DNA of 64,000 nt from Eledone cirrhosa (taxonomy: Eukaryota), in assembly GCA_964016885.1 (NCBI GenBank), contig OZ024749.1, forward strand, positions 53,692,001-53,756,000. Direction: 5' to 3'. Position 1 is the first letter of the stretch. Each line of letters begins with the position of its first letter. The notes under the pieces are model-generated. The model saw nothing but the letters and a program-made list of their open reading frames with translations. It had not been told where the DNA came from and made no database searches. The translations under genes were made by a program, and so were the position numbers. Shown here one piece after another: positions 26,376 through 39,855 of the stretch.

Positions 26376-26655
26376 CAGGTGTGTGGCCTAGTGGTAAGGG
26401 TGTTGAACTTACAGTCATAATGTTGTGGGTTCGATTCCTGGACTGGGTTGTGTGTTGTGTTCTTGAGGCAAACACTTCATTTCACATTGCTCCAGTATAC
26501 TCAGCTGAAACTTAGTACAAGTGGCACTGGAGGTTTAACTCTACGATGGACTGGTGTCCTACCCAGGGTGGAGTATTCTCAGTTACTTAACGTCATGGGG
26601 AAACCAGGATAAGCACTGGTCTGATGAGCCTCTGAACTCGAGACAGACTTTACAT
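26376..26655 (+). mobile_element. tRNA-derived SINE family 2 (other copies about 36455-36597 -, 45480-45710 -, 7478-7650 -)
   Basis: A box TGGCCTAGTGG, B box GGTTCGATTCC, then a conserved gtgttcttgag.caa.acactt.atttcacattgctccag core. Confidence 0.8.
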
Positions 26656-27087
26656 ACAAGAGTTTAACACCTATTTCATATATATTTTTTCTCATCCCTT
26701 CCAGCCATTTGTATATAAGATATGACTAACATCCATAGTTTGCAGTTGTGTCAGCCTTGTTAGATCATGAAACCACTGGCTGCAATGGAATATAACGTAT
26801 ACAAAGCATAGTAAATACATATTAGCTATATTTGTATATATAGAGCAATTTTTCTGCTTGTTGACATTTTCGATACAACTATACACATACATACACAAAC
26901 ACGTATATATATATATATAACATATACATAAATATAATATACACATATAACATATATCTACTATAATCTGAAATTAAAATATAGACGTATCAGAAATAAT
27001 TTGGTAAGCTATGTATATGAGCATGTGTGTTTACGAATAACTAAGATGGTGGGAAATCTACACACGGCTACGGCTATGTGCGAGAGA

Positions 27088-27181
<94 letters not shown>

Positions 27182-27777
27182 TGTGTATATATATATATAG
27201 TGTGTGTAGTGTGTATAGGTTTTAGACTAGTACAATTATAAAGCGTTAACTTTTGACAGTAAGATGTGATTCGACGATGGTTTTGTGGGTTCCTTATATA
27301 TATATCCATCCCCCACAGAAGCCTAGACAGACTTCGGGGTAGAGAGCTAGGTAACTAAAAAAAAAAAAAATTGAATTGAGTTCGGCAAAATTCTATAAAC
27401 CTTATTTTATATTTAAGTGAAAGTAAATTCACATCTATTAATCGATAGAGCGGATATTTTGATTTAACGATTGTAATTAAAGATGTCAATGAGGAGGGGG
27501 ACGAAAGAAGAAAGAAAACAAAAGCGAAAAATACGTAGATAAATTCATTCATGGAAGAAACAATATATATCTATATCTATCTATATGGCTGGAATTCTGC
27601 TATGAGATGAAAGCTGAGACCAGCTAAACCTACATAAGCTGTGCAGGTGCGCTTGGTAACAACCGTCATTTTCATCGTATTTTACTTTCACTTCGATATA
27701 GAAGAAAAGAAGAAAGCTTAGAGGGATTTTCCTTTCAAATAACGAACCAAAATAAAGACCAAATTTAGAAACAAAAT

Positions 27778-27812
<35 letters not shown>

Positions 27813-28662
27813 CTGGAGTGTGGTGCGAGAGGAGGGGGTGTTTAATGTTTTCAAATTCTTGGTGATTTTTTCACATTTCTCTGTGGCAAAAATAACAATA
27901 AAGATGTGAAACAAACATAAAAATAAATACAAACACCAACAAACATGTTAGAGGTGTCTCCTCATCAACAACAATAATAATATTGGTAATATTTCGTTTT
28001 AACATCACAAATGGTAATTTCTGTGAGGGAGAATGACATTATATATAATCTAGATAATCGCAATCTATACCTTCGAAATAGCTTATATATAATATGTGGA
28101 TTCCTGATGTATATCAGGATAGGTAGCCACAGTTTAAAATAAGGTATTTATTACGTTTGTGGAGTATAAGCATCTTTATTTTATTATAGAAATTATTTCT
28201 ACAGAACTAGAACTGTTTCATTCGTATGAAATATAATATAATATAATATAATTGTTTCTACGTTAGGCACAAGGCCAGCAATTATCCAGTGCATTACTGG
28301 TACTTTATTATATAATATAAATATATATATATAATTGTCCATTTTCCACTCACAGAAATTGCCAGAAGTTCTCTCTCTGCGATCTTAAAGCTAATAGTTA
28401 CTAATATATTAAAATATAAAAAACCCACCGAGGCTAGTATTATATCTATTTTAACATAATTATAGTTTAGTAGCACCCACCCCCGCCTACTGAAAAGTGC
28501 AACTTTTATTACGAGTGGATGGAAATAACAGACAACACTTTCATTATTGCATACTCCCGTTAATGCTTTTTATTACAGCATTACTTTCCATCCGTATTTA
28601 TTATAGTAGGTTCAATGTAAACTAGGAAATACACACACATACATACATATATAATAAATATA

Positions 28663-28695
<33 letters not shown>

Positions 28696-28727
28696 GGTTG
28701 GCTGTACAACAAGGGGCTTTATTTCAG

Positions 28728-28838
28728 GTATTGACAATTGTTTCATTGATCAGGTGAGTCTAGAGGTCGCTAATCGCTCGAAGTTGCGTCACTCGATCTC
28801 CATTACATTATTTACCTCTGACCAACTCATCAGAATAC
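28728..28838 (-). ncRNA. Type-I hammerhead motif with extended helix II
   Basis: Minus strand: gtatt CTGATGA gttggtcag...ctgatcaat GAAA caattg TC aatac, then AATAAA. A truncated copy of the 3' half lies at about 17651-17735 (+). Confidence 0.8.
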
Positions 28839-28856
28839 AAAAGGTATGATAATATG

Positions 28857-28907
<51 letters not shown>

Positions 28908-29201
28908 ATCATAATATCATACCTTTCTACATTTCATATCGATAATGAATAATATCAATTAGATGTCATAAGATTTACTACAGTAACGTCACTTCTACAA
29001 CTAGGAATTGCGTAAAAAGAAAAACATTATTATTATCATCATCATAACAACAGTAATATAATAATTATTATTATTGTTGATGTTAATTTTCATAAACACA
29101 GTCGTAACCAACACATTTGAAAAAAAAAAGATAAATTTTACTGCCTAATACAGTGACTCCCACCCCAACAACTTTGAATTTTTTTTTAATGTGGAATTTT
29201 G

Positions 29202-29237
<36 letters not shown>

Positions 29238-29315
29238 TCATCTTTTTCCATTTATCTGAGGGTTCTAAACCCCATTATCAGGCTAAAATTCCTTTAGTAA
29301 AAAATACGGTGAAAG

Positions 29316-29348
<33 letters not shown>

Positions 29349-30175
29349 CCTGCTAACCTTTAATAACCCAAACGGGGAGTACCATGAACAAAAAGTGCCC
29401 CCAAAAGGGGAGAGATGAGGCAAATGGAAAGATTTTACATAATGAAAGCTATACCCATTTTCACACGAGAAGACACCTCTCAGCTACCCCAGAGTGGGTG
29501 AAAGATCTCCCCGCCCGACAGAGAGTTGACAGGTCTGATTATATATATATGATCAGGACAGGACTAGCTTGGATCCTGGGTTGGCGAGATCAAAGCTGAT
29601 CTAGACTAAAAAACAGGACAGTAAATTAAGCAACTATATTATTTATTAAACAACAACAATAATAATGCTTTCTGATTTAGGCACAAATCGATCCCAGTGC
29701 GTTACTGGTATTATTTTATCGACACCGTAAGGAAGAAGAAAGGTAAAGCTAACATTGACAGGTAATAATAATAATATTAATAAACAAATACTAAATAGAT
29801 ATAATTGTTTCTACTTTAGGCACAAGGCCTGCAATTACCCAGTACATTGCTGGTACTTTATTTTATCGACCCCGTAAGGATGAAAAGCAAAGTTAACCTC
29901 GGCGAGATTTGAACTCCTCAGACCGTAAAGGGACGTAACTATGCTAGAAAGCATGGCGTCCAACCCTCTACATAATAATAATAATAATATATATATTTAT
30001 ATATATATATAATGCATTAACAGAGAAAGCTTTAAGCAATCTCCGACCGGCTTCCATCTCACTCAACAAACATTAGGATATACCTTAGTATAATCCCAAT
30101 TATACGTTTGGGGTGCTAACTATACGTATTTTGCGGATAGCCAGTTGTATTATTTTATATGAGACACATATATAT

Positions 30176-30308
30176 ATAGGAAAATATATGAACCCGACGG
30201 CAGAGCTCCAGCCGTTTCGACGGTAATTCTGGACTAAATTAGAATTTAGTCCAGAAATAGCCATCGAAACGGCTTGTGCTCTGCCGTCGGGGTCATACAT
30301 TTTCCTAT
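30176..30308. repeat. GC-rich imperfect palindrome (~65-bp arms, 2-nt loop)
   Basis: ataggaaaatatatgaacccgacggcagagc ... gctctgccgtcggggtcatacattttcctat, centre 30241-30242. Confidence 0.9.
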
Positions 30309-30404
30309 TATCCACTCTACTACCCTAAGTATTGAGTACTCTGGTGCGTTATGGTCCATCTGGTTCCTTACCACACCTCCTTCGTTATATATATATATAT
30401 ATAT

Positions 30405-31026
30405 TAGAAAATTAGAGATAAGAGGGATCAGATGTTGTTTACTCGAGAGAAGGCTGCGTTGGTATGGACACGTGATGCGCATGAAAGTCGATAGCTGTAT
30501 AACAAAGTGCAGGGCAATAAAGATAGACGGTAGCCACGGAATAGGCAGACCTAGAAAAACCTGGGATGAGCTGATAAACTCCGACCTCACACACTTACAC
30601 CTCTCCAAGACAATGTCACTGGACCGAGACCTTTGGCGGTACTCAGTAACAGAGAAGACCCGGCTTGCCAGTAGGCATCTCTAACAAAATACACCCCGTC
30701 CCGCCACCACCCCGTTCTATGTAAAGTTATGTTGGTGCCGCGCCATCCAGGCCGAAACAAATGAGATCGTGTAGGTGTCACGACAAAAAAACACACAGTC
30801 CACGCTGTAATGTGGCCGTGTAGGCAACACGGTAAAAACCTCCCAGACCCACACTGTAAATGTGGTTGGTGTTAGGAAGGGCATCCAACTGTAGAAAACC
30901 TGCCAGACAGTCCTATGCGAGCAAGACAATCACTCTTGCCTCAAGTGGGACTACCCCCGTCCAAACCCATGCAAGCGTGGAACACGGACGTTAAACGTTG
31001 ATGATGATGATGATGATGATGATGAT
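30405..31026 (+). mobile_element. RTE LINE 3' fragment, same subfamily as 3451-5229
   Basis: Collinear with about 4590-5229, including the 3' UTR and (GAT)n tail. Confidence 0.93.
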
Positions 31027-31040
31027 ATATATATATATAC

Positions 31041-31393
31041 GATATTAACAAATGGAAACTATATTTATAAAACCATATTTATTTCATTATACATATTTCA
31101 AGGACACCAAGTTAAATTATGGTGTGCTTTCATCAGATAAAATATAATATAGAGCAGTTTTATAAATAAATATTGACATACCCTTAAAAAATGCAACCAT
31201 TACTGTTGGAAGTTCCCGGAGCTTCCAACAGTAATGGTTGCATTTTTTAAGGGTATGTCAATATTTATTTATAAAACTGCTCTATATTATATTTTATCTG
31301 ATGAAAGCAAACCATAATTTAACTTGGTGTCCTTGAAATATGTATAATGAAATAAATATGGTTTTATAAATATAGTTTCCATTTGTTAATATC
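31041..31393. mobile_element. 353-bp near-perfect palindrome with one hammerhead per arm (31080-31144 minus, 31290-31354 plus); Penelope-like fold-back
   Basis: Arms complementary about centre 31217 with 2 mismatches seen. Motif: tattttat CTGATGA ... GAAA tatgta TA atgaaata. Confidence 0.8.
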
Positions 31394-31481
31394 ATATTTT
31401 TACTCCAATTATTTGTTGAGTGCTTTATATCTGTTATAAAAATATTTGCTTGTTGTATCCCAACAATTTAAATAGAACTTT

Positions 31482-31520
<39 letters not shown>

Positions 31521-31691
31521 GCCAGCCAAGCTCTGTTAAATATAATCACATCACGACGATAGAAATTCATAAACGAGGAGAAAATGTATAGAACAGGGGG
31601 AGGGGGGGGGGTATAGAACAGGGGGAGAAAAAAATCAATGGTTTATTATATATAATGAACCGACACAAATAAATCAATAGAATATGTATAA

Positions 31692-31733
<42 letters not shown>

Positions 31734-31794
31734 TAGGGTGTCCCAAGAAATATATACACTCTTATTAGAATGTTGTGTATATATATATATATAT

Positions 31795-31835
<41 letters not shown>

Positions 31836-32263
31836 TATATACACACATATATATATATATATATACACACATATATATATATATATATACACATATATAT
31901 ATCCAAATACGACTAGAACAATGAGAGAGAGAGGGGTGAGAGACGGATGGGTGGGGGAGACAAAGAAATTGAGAAGATAGACGGTAGGGTGGGGGGAAAA
32001 AGAGAGAGGTGAAATGAAGTAGGTGATAGGTAGGACCAAGCCAAAAACTGGCTGAGATGCTATTCTGGGATGTAGATTGTTTTATTACTCCCACTCGCAT
32101 CCTGGCAAAGACCTATAGCATAGGAACACATGGCTGGCTGCTCTCTCTTCATGTCAACACCACTGCCACTCTCTCTTAACGGTTCAAGTTTTCTTTGGAT
32201 AGGAAAACTTGAACCGTTACGGTATTTTTCTTGGTTATGTCAAAATTTATAAAACACACTTTG

Positions 32264-32328
32264 TTATTTTATCTGATGAAAGCATACCACAAAGTTTTGG
32301 TACCCTTGAAATATATATAATAGAATAA
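32264..32328 (+). ncRNA. Type-I hammerhead motif, homologous to the 31290 copy
   Basis: ttattttat CTGATGA aagcatacca..tggtaccctt GAAA tatata TA atagaataa; preceded by a short fold-back hairpin at about 32177-32219. Confidence 0.78.
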
Positions 32329-32503
32329 ATATTGTTTTATAAATATAGTTTCCATTTATTTAATATCATTGAATATTATACTCCAGAAATCCGTTGAGTG
32401 CTCTGAATCAGTTATAAACACTTATATTTGTTGAATTACCAACATATATATATATATATATATATATAATATAAGATCAAAAGATGGTTAAAAGAGTTCC
32501 AAG

Positions 32504-32574
32504 TATTTTATTATGCGCATTTCAAAAACAAATATCATCATGGGATGATATCTGCGTACTCATCAGATAAAATA
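32504..32574 (-). ncRNA. Type-I hammerhead motif within inverted repeat 32467-32702
   Basis: Minus strand: tattttat CTGATGA gtacgcagatatcatc-ccat-gatgatatttgttttt GAAA tgcgca TA ataaaata; 8-bp helix I. Confidence 0.8.
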
Positions 32575-32786
32575 GGGAGACATGATATGAAGCTTAAAAA
32601 ACACTTGAGAATAGTGAAGTTTTAAATCAGATGATATTTGTTTTTGAAATGCGCATAATAAAATACTTGGAACTCTTTTAACCATCTTTTGATCTTATAT
32701 TATTTATACTCCAGTCCTACAAACTGTAGAGTGCTACTTATCTGATATTTGCATTGCTTTATTGTGCTACAATAAAACTCACCTCC

Positions 32787-32852
<66 letters not shown>

Positions 32853-32871
32853 TACTTGTATAATATATATA

Positions 32872-34261
32872 TAGCACAACTAATTAGAGAAAGGGTCAAA
32901 CTAGATGAGATGCAGTTTGGTTTTGTGCCTGGGAAAAGTACAATAGATGCCCTCTTCTTGGTGAGACAATTACAAGAGAGGTTCTTAGAGAAGAATAAGC
33001 CATTATACTTAGCCTTTGTTGACCTAGAGAAGGCCTTTGATAGGGTACCCCGATCTGTCGTCTGGTGGTCCCTAAGGAAATTGTGAGGACAGTGCAACCT
33101 TTGTAGAGAGGTGCTGTCAGTAAATTCTGGGTAGGAATGGAGTTTAGTGAGGAATTCGAGATACAAGTAGGAGTACATCAAGGTTCGGTCCTCAGCCCGC
33201 TCTTGTTCATTATAGTCCTCCAAGCCATAACAGAGGAGTTTAAGACTGGCTGTCCATGGGAACTTCTCTACGCTGACGATCTGGTTCTTATAACAGAATC
33301 AGTAGAGGAGCTAGAGAATAAATTCTGGCTATGGAAACAGCAGTTGGAAGCAAGAAGACTGAGAGTGAACCTAGCTAAGACAAAAGTGTTGATGAGTAGA
33401 AAAGAGGACAAAACTCTGATTCCGTCAGGGAAATGGCCATGTTCGAGATACAGAAAAGGAACTGGCATAAATTCTATAAAATGCACACAATGCAGATCCT
33501 GGGTACACGAGAGATGTAGTGGGATAGCAGGCAAACTAAGAGGTAGGGAGAAATACGTATGCAATAGATGTATAGGAAAATTAGACAGTAGAAGTTGCAT
33601 TGATAGACACATTTTTCAAATGCAGGCGGGTGCTATAGAAGTGGTGGATAGCTTCCGGTACCTAGGAGATCAAATTAGCGTGGGAGGGGGGTTTTCCGAG
33701 GCCATAGTATCTAGAATAAGGACGGGTTGGAAGAAGTTTAGGGAGCTGCTTCCTCTGCTGACAAAGAAGGGTTTCTCCCTGCGTACAAAAGGCCGGTTAT
33801 ATAATGCCTGTGTGAGGAGCGCGGTGCTGCATGGTAGTGAGACTTGGGCAGCAATTGCAGAGGATATGCGACGGCTGGAAAGAAATGAGGCAAGCATGCT
33901 CCGTTGGATGTGCAATGTCAATGTGCGTGAATGACCCAGCATGGATGTGTTGAGAGAGGAACTGTGTCTGAGAGGGATAGAATGTAGTGTGCGAGAGAGG
34001 AGACTGCGGTGGTATGGACATGTGATGCGCATGGAGGATGACCGATGGGTGAAGAAGTGCCAGGAAATGCCAGTTGAAGGAAGACGTGGTAGAGGTAGAC
34101 CACGAAAAACATGGGCGGAGGTGGTGAGAACAGACCTTAGATCGCTGAAGCTCACGGTGGAGATGACGAAGGACCGTGACAAGTGGAAAGATGCTGTGCT
34201 GAATAAGACCCGTCTCACCCTTGCAAGCAGGGAAAAGCGGACGTAAAATGATGATGATGAT
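32872..34261 (+). mobile_element. 5'-truncated RTE-clade LINE, second subfamily, (GAT)n tail
   Basis: QFGFVPGKST, DLEKAFD, GVHQGSVLSP, LLYADD, RRLRWYGHV, GRPRKTW; stops and frameshifts present. Confidence 0.95.
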
Positions 34262-37200
34262 ATATATATAATATGCAGATACATGCTGAATGGTTAAAAG
34301 AAATATTGCCCAGAATGCAGTATTTCTGCTAGTCTTGTATAATAAATACATTAGGCCTAAAATCTAGGAACAAAAAAATCTCTCTTTAGTTTATTAGGAT
34401 TAAGGTCCAGCTTGACAGTAGTTAGGAAATACTCAAAAGCCCAGCCCTTGACAGTATAGAAATACTGAAAAGCCCAACCCCATCCAGAACTTTCAGCTTA
34501 GCATGTCAAATTTGTCTGGTCTATCTAGCCAATCCACTTTGAATTAGAGATTGGTGTTTAAATTGATTGAGCAGATAGGATAAAGAAGGCAGCAAATATA
34601 ATCCTTTAATCAATTTAAAACAGAAATTATATATTGTTAACAGCCACAGCTGGTATGATGGCATCATAGGAGATGTAAGGGAATATATATAACTGTCTTT
34701 GGAGATAAGTAGCTCTTATTATAACTAATAGCGGTGGATTGGCAGTATCGGTAGAAGGTCGGACACCATAGAGTTACGGCCCTTGCCATTCTGAGTCCAA
34801 ATCCCGCCGAGGTTAACTTTACCTTTCATCCTTACCGGGTCGATAAAATAAAGTACCAGTAATACACTGGGTAATTGCTGGCCTTGTGTCAAATGTAGAA
34901 ACAATTATAACTAATAGAAGTTGTTATGAATAATAAATGGTTTCTGAAATAGGCACAAGGTCGACAATTTGAAGGAAGGAGAAAGTTGATTAAATCAACC
35001 CCAGTGTGTTACTGGTACTTTAATTTATCAACCCCGTATGGATGAAACGCTAACCTAACCTCGACAGGATTTCACCTCAGATTGTAAAGGGGCGAAACCC
35101 TATGCCATAAAGCATGTTGTCCGACGCTCTACAGATTCTGCCAATCCACTGCTTTTGAATAATAATTTTTAAAAAATCATGGTAATTGAAAATAAAATTT
35201 TTAAAAATTACAATTTATCAACGTTTCAGCAGTTCTACTAGAGAACGGGTAATAGGTGGCAGATAGTGGTACGGTCCCCAGATGTGATGGTTAGTTGTGA
35301 TATAAGTAGGCTCCTGCTGGACGAATAAGTAGCCAGATCAACAGCGGTAATATACTGGGGGAGATGAAGCAATGGGTGACACCTTTAGTCCCCCTAGAAA
35401 ACTCTCACAATCCAGTGATGTAGCTACGACAAGGTGAGTAAAGGCCACCCACCTCTAAAGAAACCTAGTCTTCACAGATCTGAGAAATGAACCAAATTGG
35501 AGACTGGCATGAATGGGACCACCAAAACACTGCAATATTGTTGGAATCAATGTTTGCGTAGTTAAAAGAAAAATGGAATTAATAAAAATAGCAAAAGGGA
35601 AAGAGAGTAGGGAATAGCAGACTTTATATCCTAGTCTAGGTGATGTATCTCAGCTGCACCCTGCAGACAAAATGGCAAAGGCACTGCCATGAGGAACAAC
35701 CAGTGACATCCACTACATCAACCACTCTCTGCCTAATGGGGCTACTTCCTCAGACAAGATGAACTCTTCCTGATTTTGTGGAGGAAAATGGTAGTTCAAG
35801 GGGACTGAGGACACCAGAGGTCTTGATTGTGACCAGCATGAAAAGGAAATGGTCAGTCAAGTCCTGGTAGTTCTATTCCTTACCTCCATGTTACAGACAG
35901 CAGTAGCTGGGTTTGTAGCCAGTACAATTCTGGTATTTAGTTATCCTCCCCTCCTAGCAGTTTACATTTCAATTATATATGTCCATAGACTCAATTTACT
36001 TTTAAACTCTAAACATCAAGGTTGGTTTGATGAGAACAACTCTTAAATATGCAAGCTCACATTGGAAAATAATCCCAAACAGAGGAAAGGAAGATAACCA
36101 TTGATGTTACAAAACAATCAGTGATGTTACAAGCAGATGCTCCAAGACAAATAATGTTACAAAAAAAATCCTTAGAATTCAGAATAACCCGTGACAAACG
36201 AAGGTCAACGAAACTCAAAGATGCACTGACCAACATCATATATATATATCATCATCATCATCATCATCATTTCATTTTACGTCCACTTTTCCCTGCTTGC
36301 AAGGGTGGGACAGGAACTGATTCTGGCTTGATTTCTACAGCTGGATGCCCTTCCTAACACCAACCTCATTTACAGTGAGTACTGGGTGCTTTTTTGCCGT
36401 GGCACCTCCACGACCACTTTGCAGTGGAATTATAGGGACCCCAGTCCCTATCATCTCATTTCTACAGCTGAGTAAACTGGAGCAATGTGAAATAAAGTGT
36501 CTTGCTCAAGGAAACAACACATCACCCGGTCTGAGAATTGAACTCACAACCTTTCGATTGCAAGGCCAATGCTCTAACCACTAAGCCATGTGCCTCCATT
36601 ATATATATATATACCCACACATATACAGATAGATAAATGGACATGTGTATATATATCTGTACACAAACATGTATATATATATCTATAGATGGACATGTAT
36701 GTGTATCTCTGTACATAAACATGTACACTAGATGAACGTGTATGTCCAACCCATGCAAACATGGAAAAGCGGACATGATGATGATGATGATGTATGTCTC
36801 TGCACATGTGTATAAATATGCATGTGGGTATAAACAGACATATATATATGTGTGTGTGTGGTCAGTTTGTTTACTTTTGATGATGATTTATTCTTTTAAT
36901 TAATTTGTATGAACTGTTCTATCCTTAGTTAATATCTTCGCCGCCCTGGTGGTTTTAACCCCCTTATGATCTGAACACACACACACGTGTGTGTGTGTTT
37001 CTCTCTTTACTGTGTTTATAGATAAATAGATACATACACACACACATGTATGTTTTCAATGCAATAAAGGCAGTTTTAATGAGGTTTTAAGTCCCTGACT
37101 CCAACATAACACAATCAATATTCCATTACATTTTATCTTTAATTGCTGGCACAGATCAAAGACATGACAATCCATAGTGTTGCAGGAGGTTTATTTGAGC

Positions 37201-37337
37201 CAAAATATAAACGAAGAGGAAACACACAGTGAGACTGCAGTCCAAACCAAGAGGATGTGAAGGGAACTCATTAATAACATAGCCTTGCCTATATGTCTGT
37301 GTCATCATCATCATAGCCTTGCCTATATGTCTGTGTG

Positions 37338-37590
37338 TCATCATCATCATTTAACGTCTATCTTCCACGCTAGCATGGGTTTAGACGGGAATTGTCCCAC
37401 GTGAGGCAAGATTGGTTGTCTTGCTCGTATAGGACTGTCTGGTAGGTTTTCTCCGCCTGGATGCCCTTCCTAACACCAACCACGTTTACAGTGTGGACTG
37501 GGAGGTTTTTACTGTGTTACCTACACGGCCACATTACAGCGTGGACTGTGTGTTTTTTTGTCATGACACCTACACGACCTCATTTATTTA
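37338..37590 (-). mobile_element. RTE LINE 3' UTR fragment (3451-type)
   Basis: Reverse complement of about 4980-5215. Confidence 0.85.
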
Positions 37591-37930
37591 GGGGTACATG
37601 TGTATATACATATTTACACACTTTTGGATGGCTGTTGACTCTTATGAGTTCTTCCGCCCTTTGTCAGGTTTTGCTTTTTGTCCTGCAGGGTGTCCAAAAT
37701 CACTCTCCTCACCAAGTAGACTTGGTGGGGTTGCCAGTTTAGTCATTGACGACCCGACCATGCGACAGGTTGTACTGGGTTACATGTTACTAGTAGCACT
37801 CAAGAGTGACCTGACATTCTTTATATATATATATATATATATACACACTAGTTACGATATAAATATATATATATATATATAGTAAATAGAGTATGTGTAT
37901 GTATATATATATATATACACACTAGTTACG

Positions 37931-37961
<31 letters not shown>

Positions 37962-39649
37962 GTAAATAGAGTATGTGTATGTATATATATATATATATAT
38001 ATACACATACAGAGAGAGAGAGAGCGAGGCATAGATATACAAAGATAAAGACCAACAGACCTTATAGAATTATAAAAGCCAAGCTGCTGTGGAGGTTCAG
38101 CTCACTTGGCACATGGCACACGTAAGATAAAGGCTGAGATGGTAAGGGGAGATAGGGGGGGGGGTTCTATTGTCAAGGAAACGAAAATGTTCAAGAATAC
38201 ACCACACAGCCAACACAAACATCAATTACTATCAATCAGCACATTTTAGGGGAGGAAGGGATGTGCATATATATATGTTGGTCTGTCAGTGTGGATGTGC
38301 ATGTGTGTGTATGAGTGTGCATGTGAGAATGTGTGTATTTGTATGTGTGTGTTTATTTATATGTATGAGCGTGCATGTATGCATTTGTATGTGGGAGTGC
38401 TTGTTATTTCTGTATGTCTGTGATAATGGTAGAAATATTTTGATAATCCTATCTGAATATAGTTGAAGATGTGACACAACACACAGACAGATCTGACTAC
38501 AGACAGTTTTGTTGTGTGTGAGGGACGGCTGAAAATGTAGGAGTGATGTTAGGGATGTGAAATTTCATCTTATGAATAACTGCATTGTTTCTTTCCAGGG
38601 ACTATATTGAAAAATAAACTTCATTTGGTCATTCCGTGAGAGTATCTTGGTCATCCTATGAACCTTTCAGCCGACCTCGTATCTATCTAACAGTACAGCC
38701 AACACTATGCTGGAAATACTTCAATAAATGTATATTATCAATACACACCACACAGTGTTTCTACAATGTCTGTGTCACAATGGTTTAACTGACATAACGC
38801 AATCAAATTTCTGTTACGTTTTTTGTTTTTTTTTTACTTTCTGCTATTTCAATTTAATAGCCATTAAAACGGTTTAAGCTTCACCGTTGGGCATCCTATA
38901 CCAACACCTACACTTCTATTCTACTTACCTTATATGTACAAAGTTGAATAATGGTCTCAATGAGTAACACCTCAGATATATATATGCATATATACACACA
39001 CACACACATATATATATATATAGACATATACATGTATATATATACACACACATATATATAGACATATACATATATATACATGTATATATATATACACACA
39101 TTTATATACATACATATAGACATATACATGTATATATATACACACACACAAATATATATACATATAGACATATACATGTATATATATACACACACACATA
39201 TATATATGCACACAATTATTTGCATATACATAGATATATATATACTACACACACATATGTAGATACACACATCGACACCTGTGTATGTTGTAGGTGTACC
39301 TTAAGCTACACTAATAATCTAATATTTCAGATTAACGACAGACAACAAAACAATCCACAATATTTCATAATTTGGACTGCTAGATAGAAAGAGTAGAGCG
39401 ACTGCCACCTCCCCCACACAATATGGAATGGCAGTTGGACAGTGTGGGAGATGAGAGAATGGGAAATAATAACATCAGCACACACACACACACACACACA
39501 TATATATACACATATTCCGAAACAAGGTTCTCGCTTCGGTTCAGTCACCTTGTCTAATTTATTTTCTCTTCCCCGTTATTTTTTTTACTATAATGTTTTG
39601 TTTTCATCCTTTAAAAGGACTGACCCAGATTATATGTGTATATACACAG

Positions 39650-39709
<60 letters not shown>

Positions 39710-39818
39710 TCACACACATATATATATGTATACATATATAGGGAAGAGGCTTTCGGGAAACGAAGTATTATTACAAAGATTTGAGACGCGTAATTACGCA
39801 GTGGTGTGTGTGTGTATG

Positions 39819-39855
<37 letters not shown>

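Noticed and set aside
26376-26450. tRNA gene
   Set aside because: A and B boxes are present but there is no complete cloverleaf, and it continues into a multicopy SINE body.
26617-26652. Hammerhead (CTGATGAG...)
   Set aside because: GAGA in place of GAAA and no helix III/UH; part of the SINE tail.
29360-29530. Hammerhead on the minus strand (CTGAGAG...GAAA)
   Set aside because: Core does not match CUGANGA; possibly a decayed repeat end, but unsupported.
31646-32100. YIYI/HTHT/poly-V ORFs here and at about 21336, 27001, 38908 and 47885
   Set aside because: Translations of (TA)n, (CA)n and (ACC)n microsatellites.
35240-36060. Nested gene in macoilin intron 1
   Set aside because: No consistent ORF or splice pattern; more likely decayed transposon sequence that I cannot classify.
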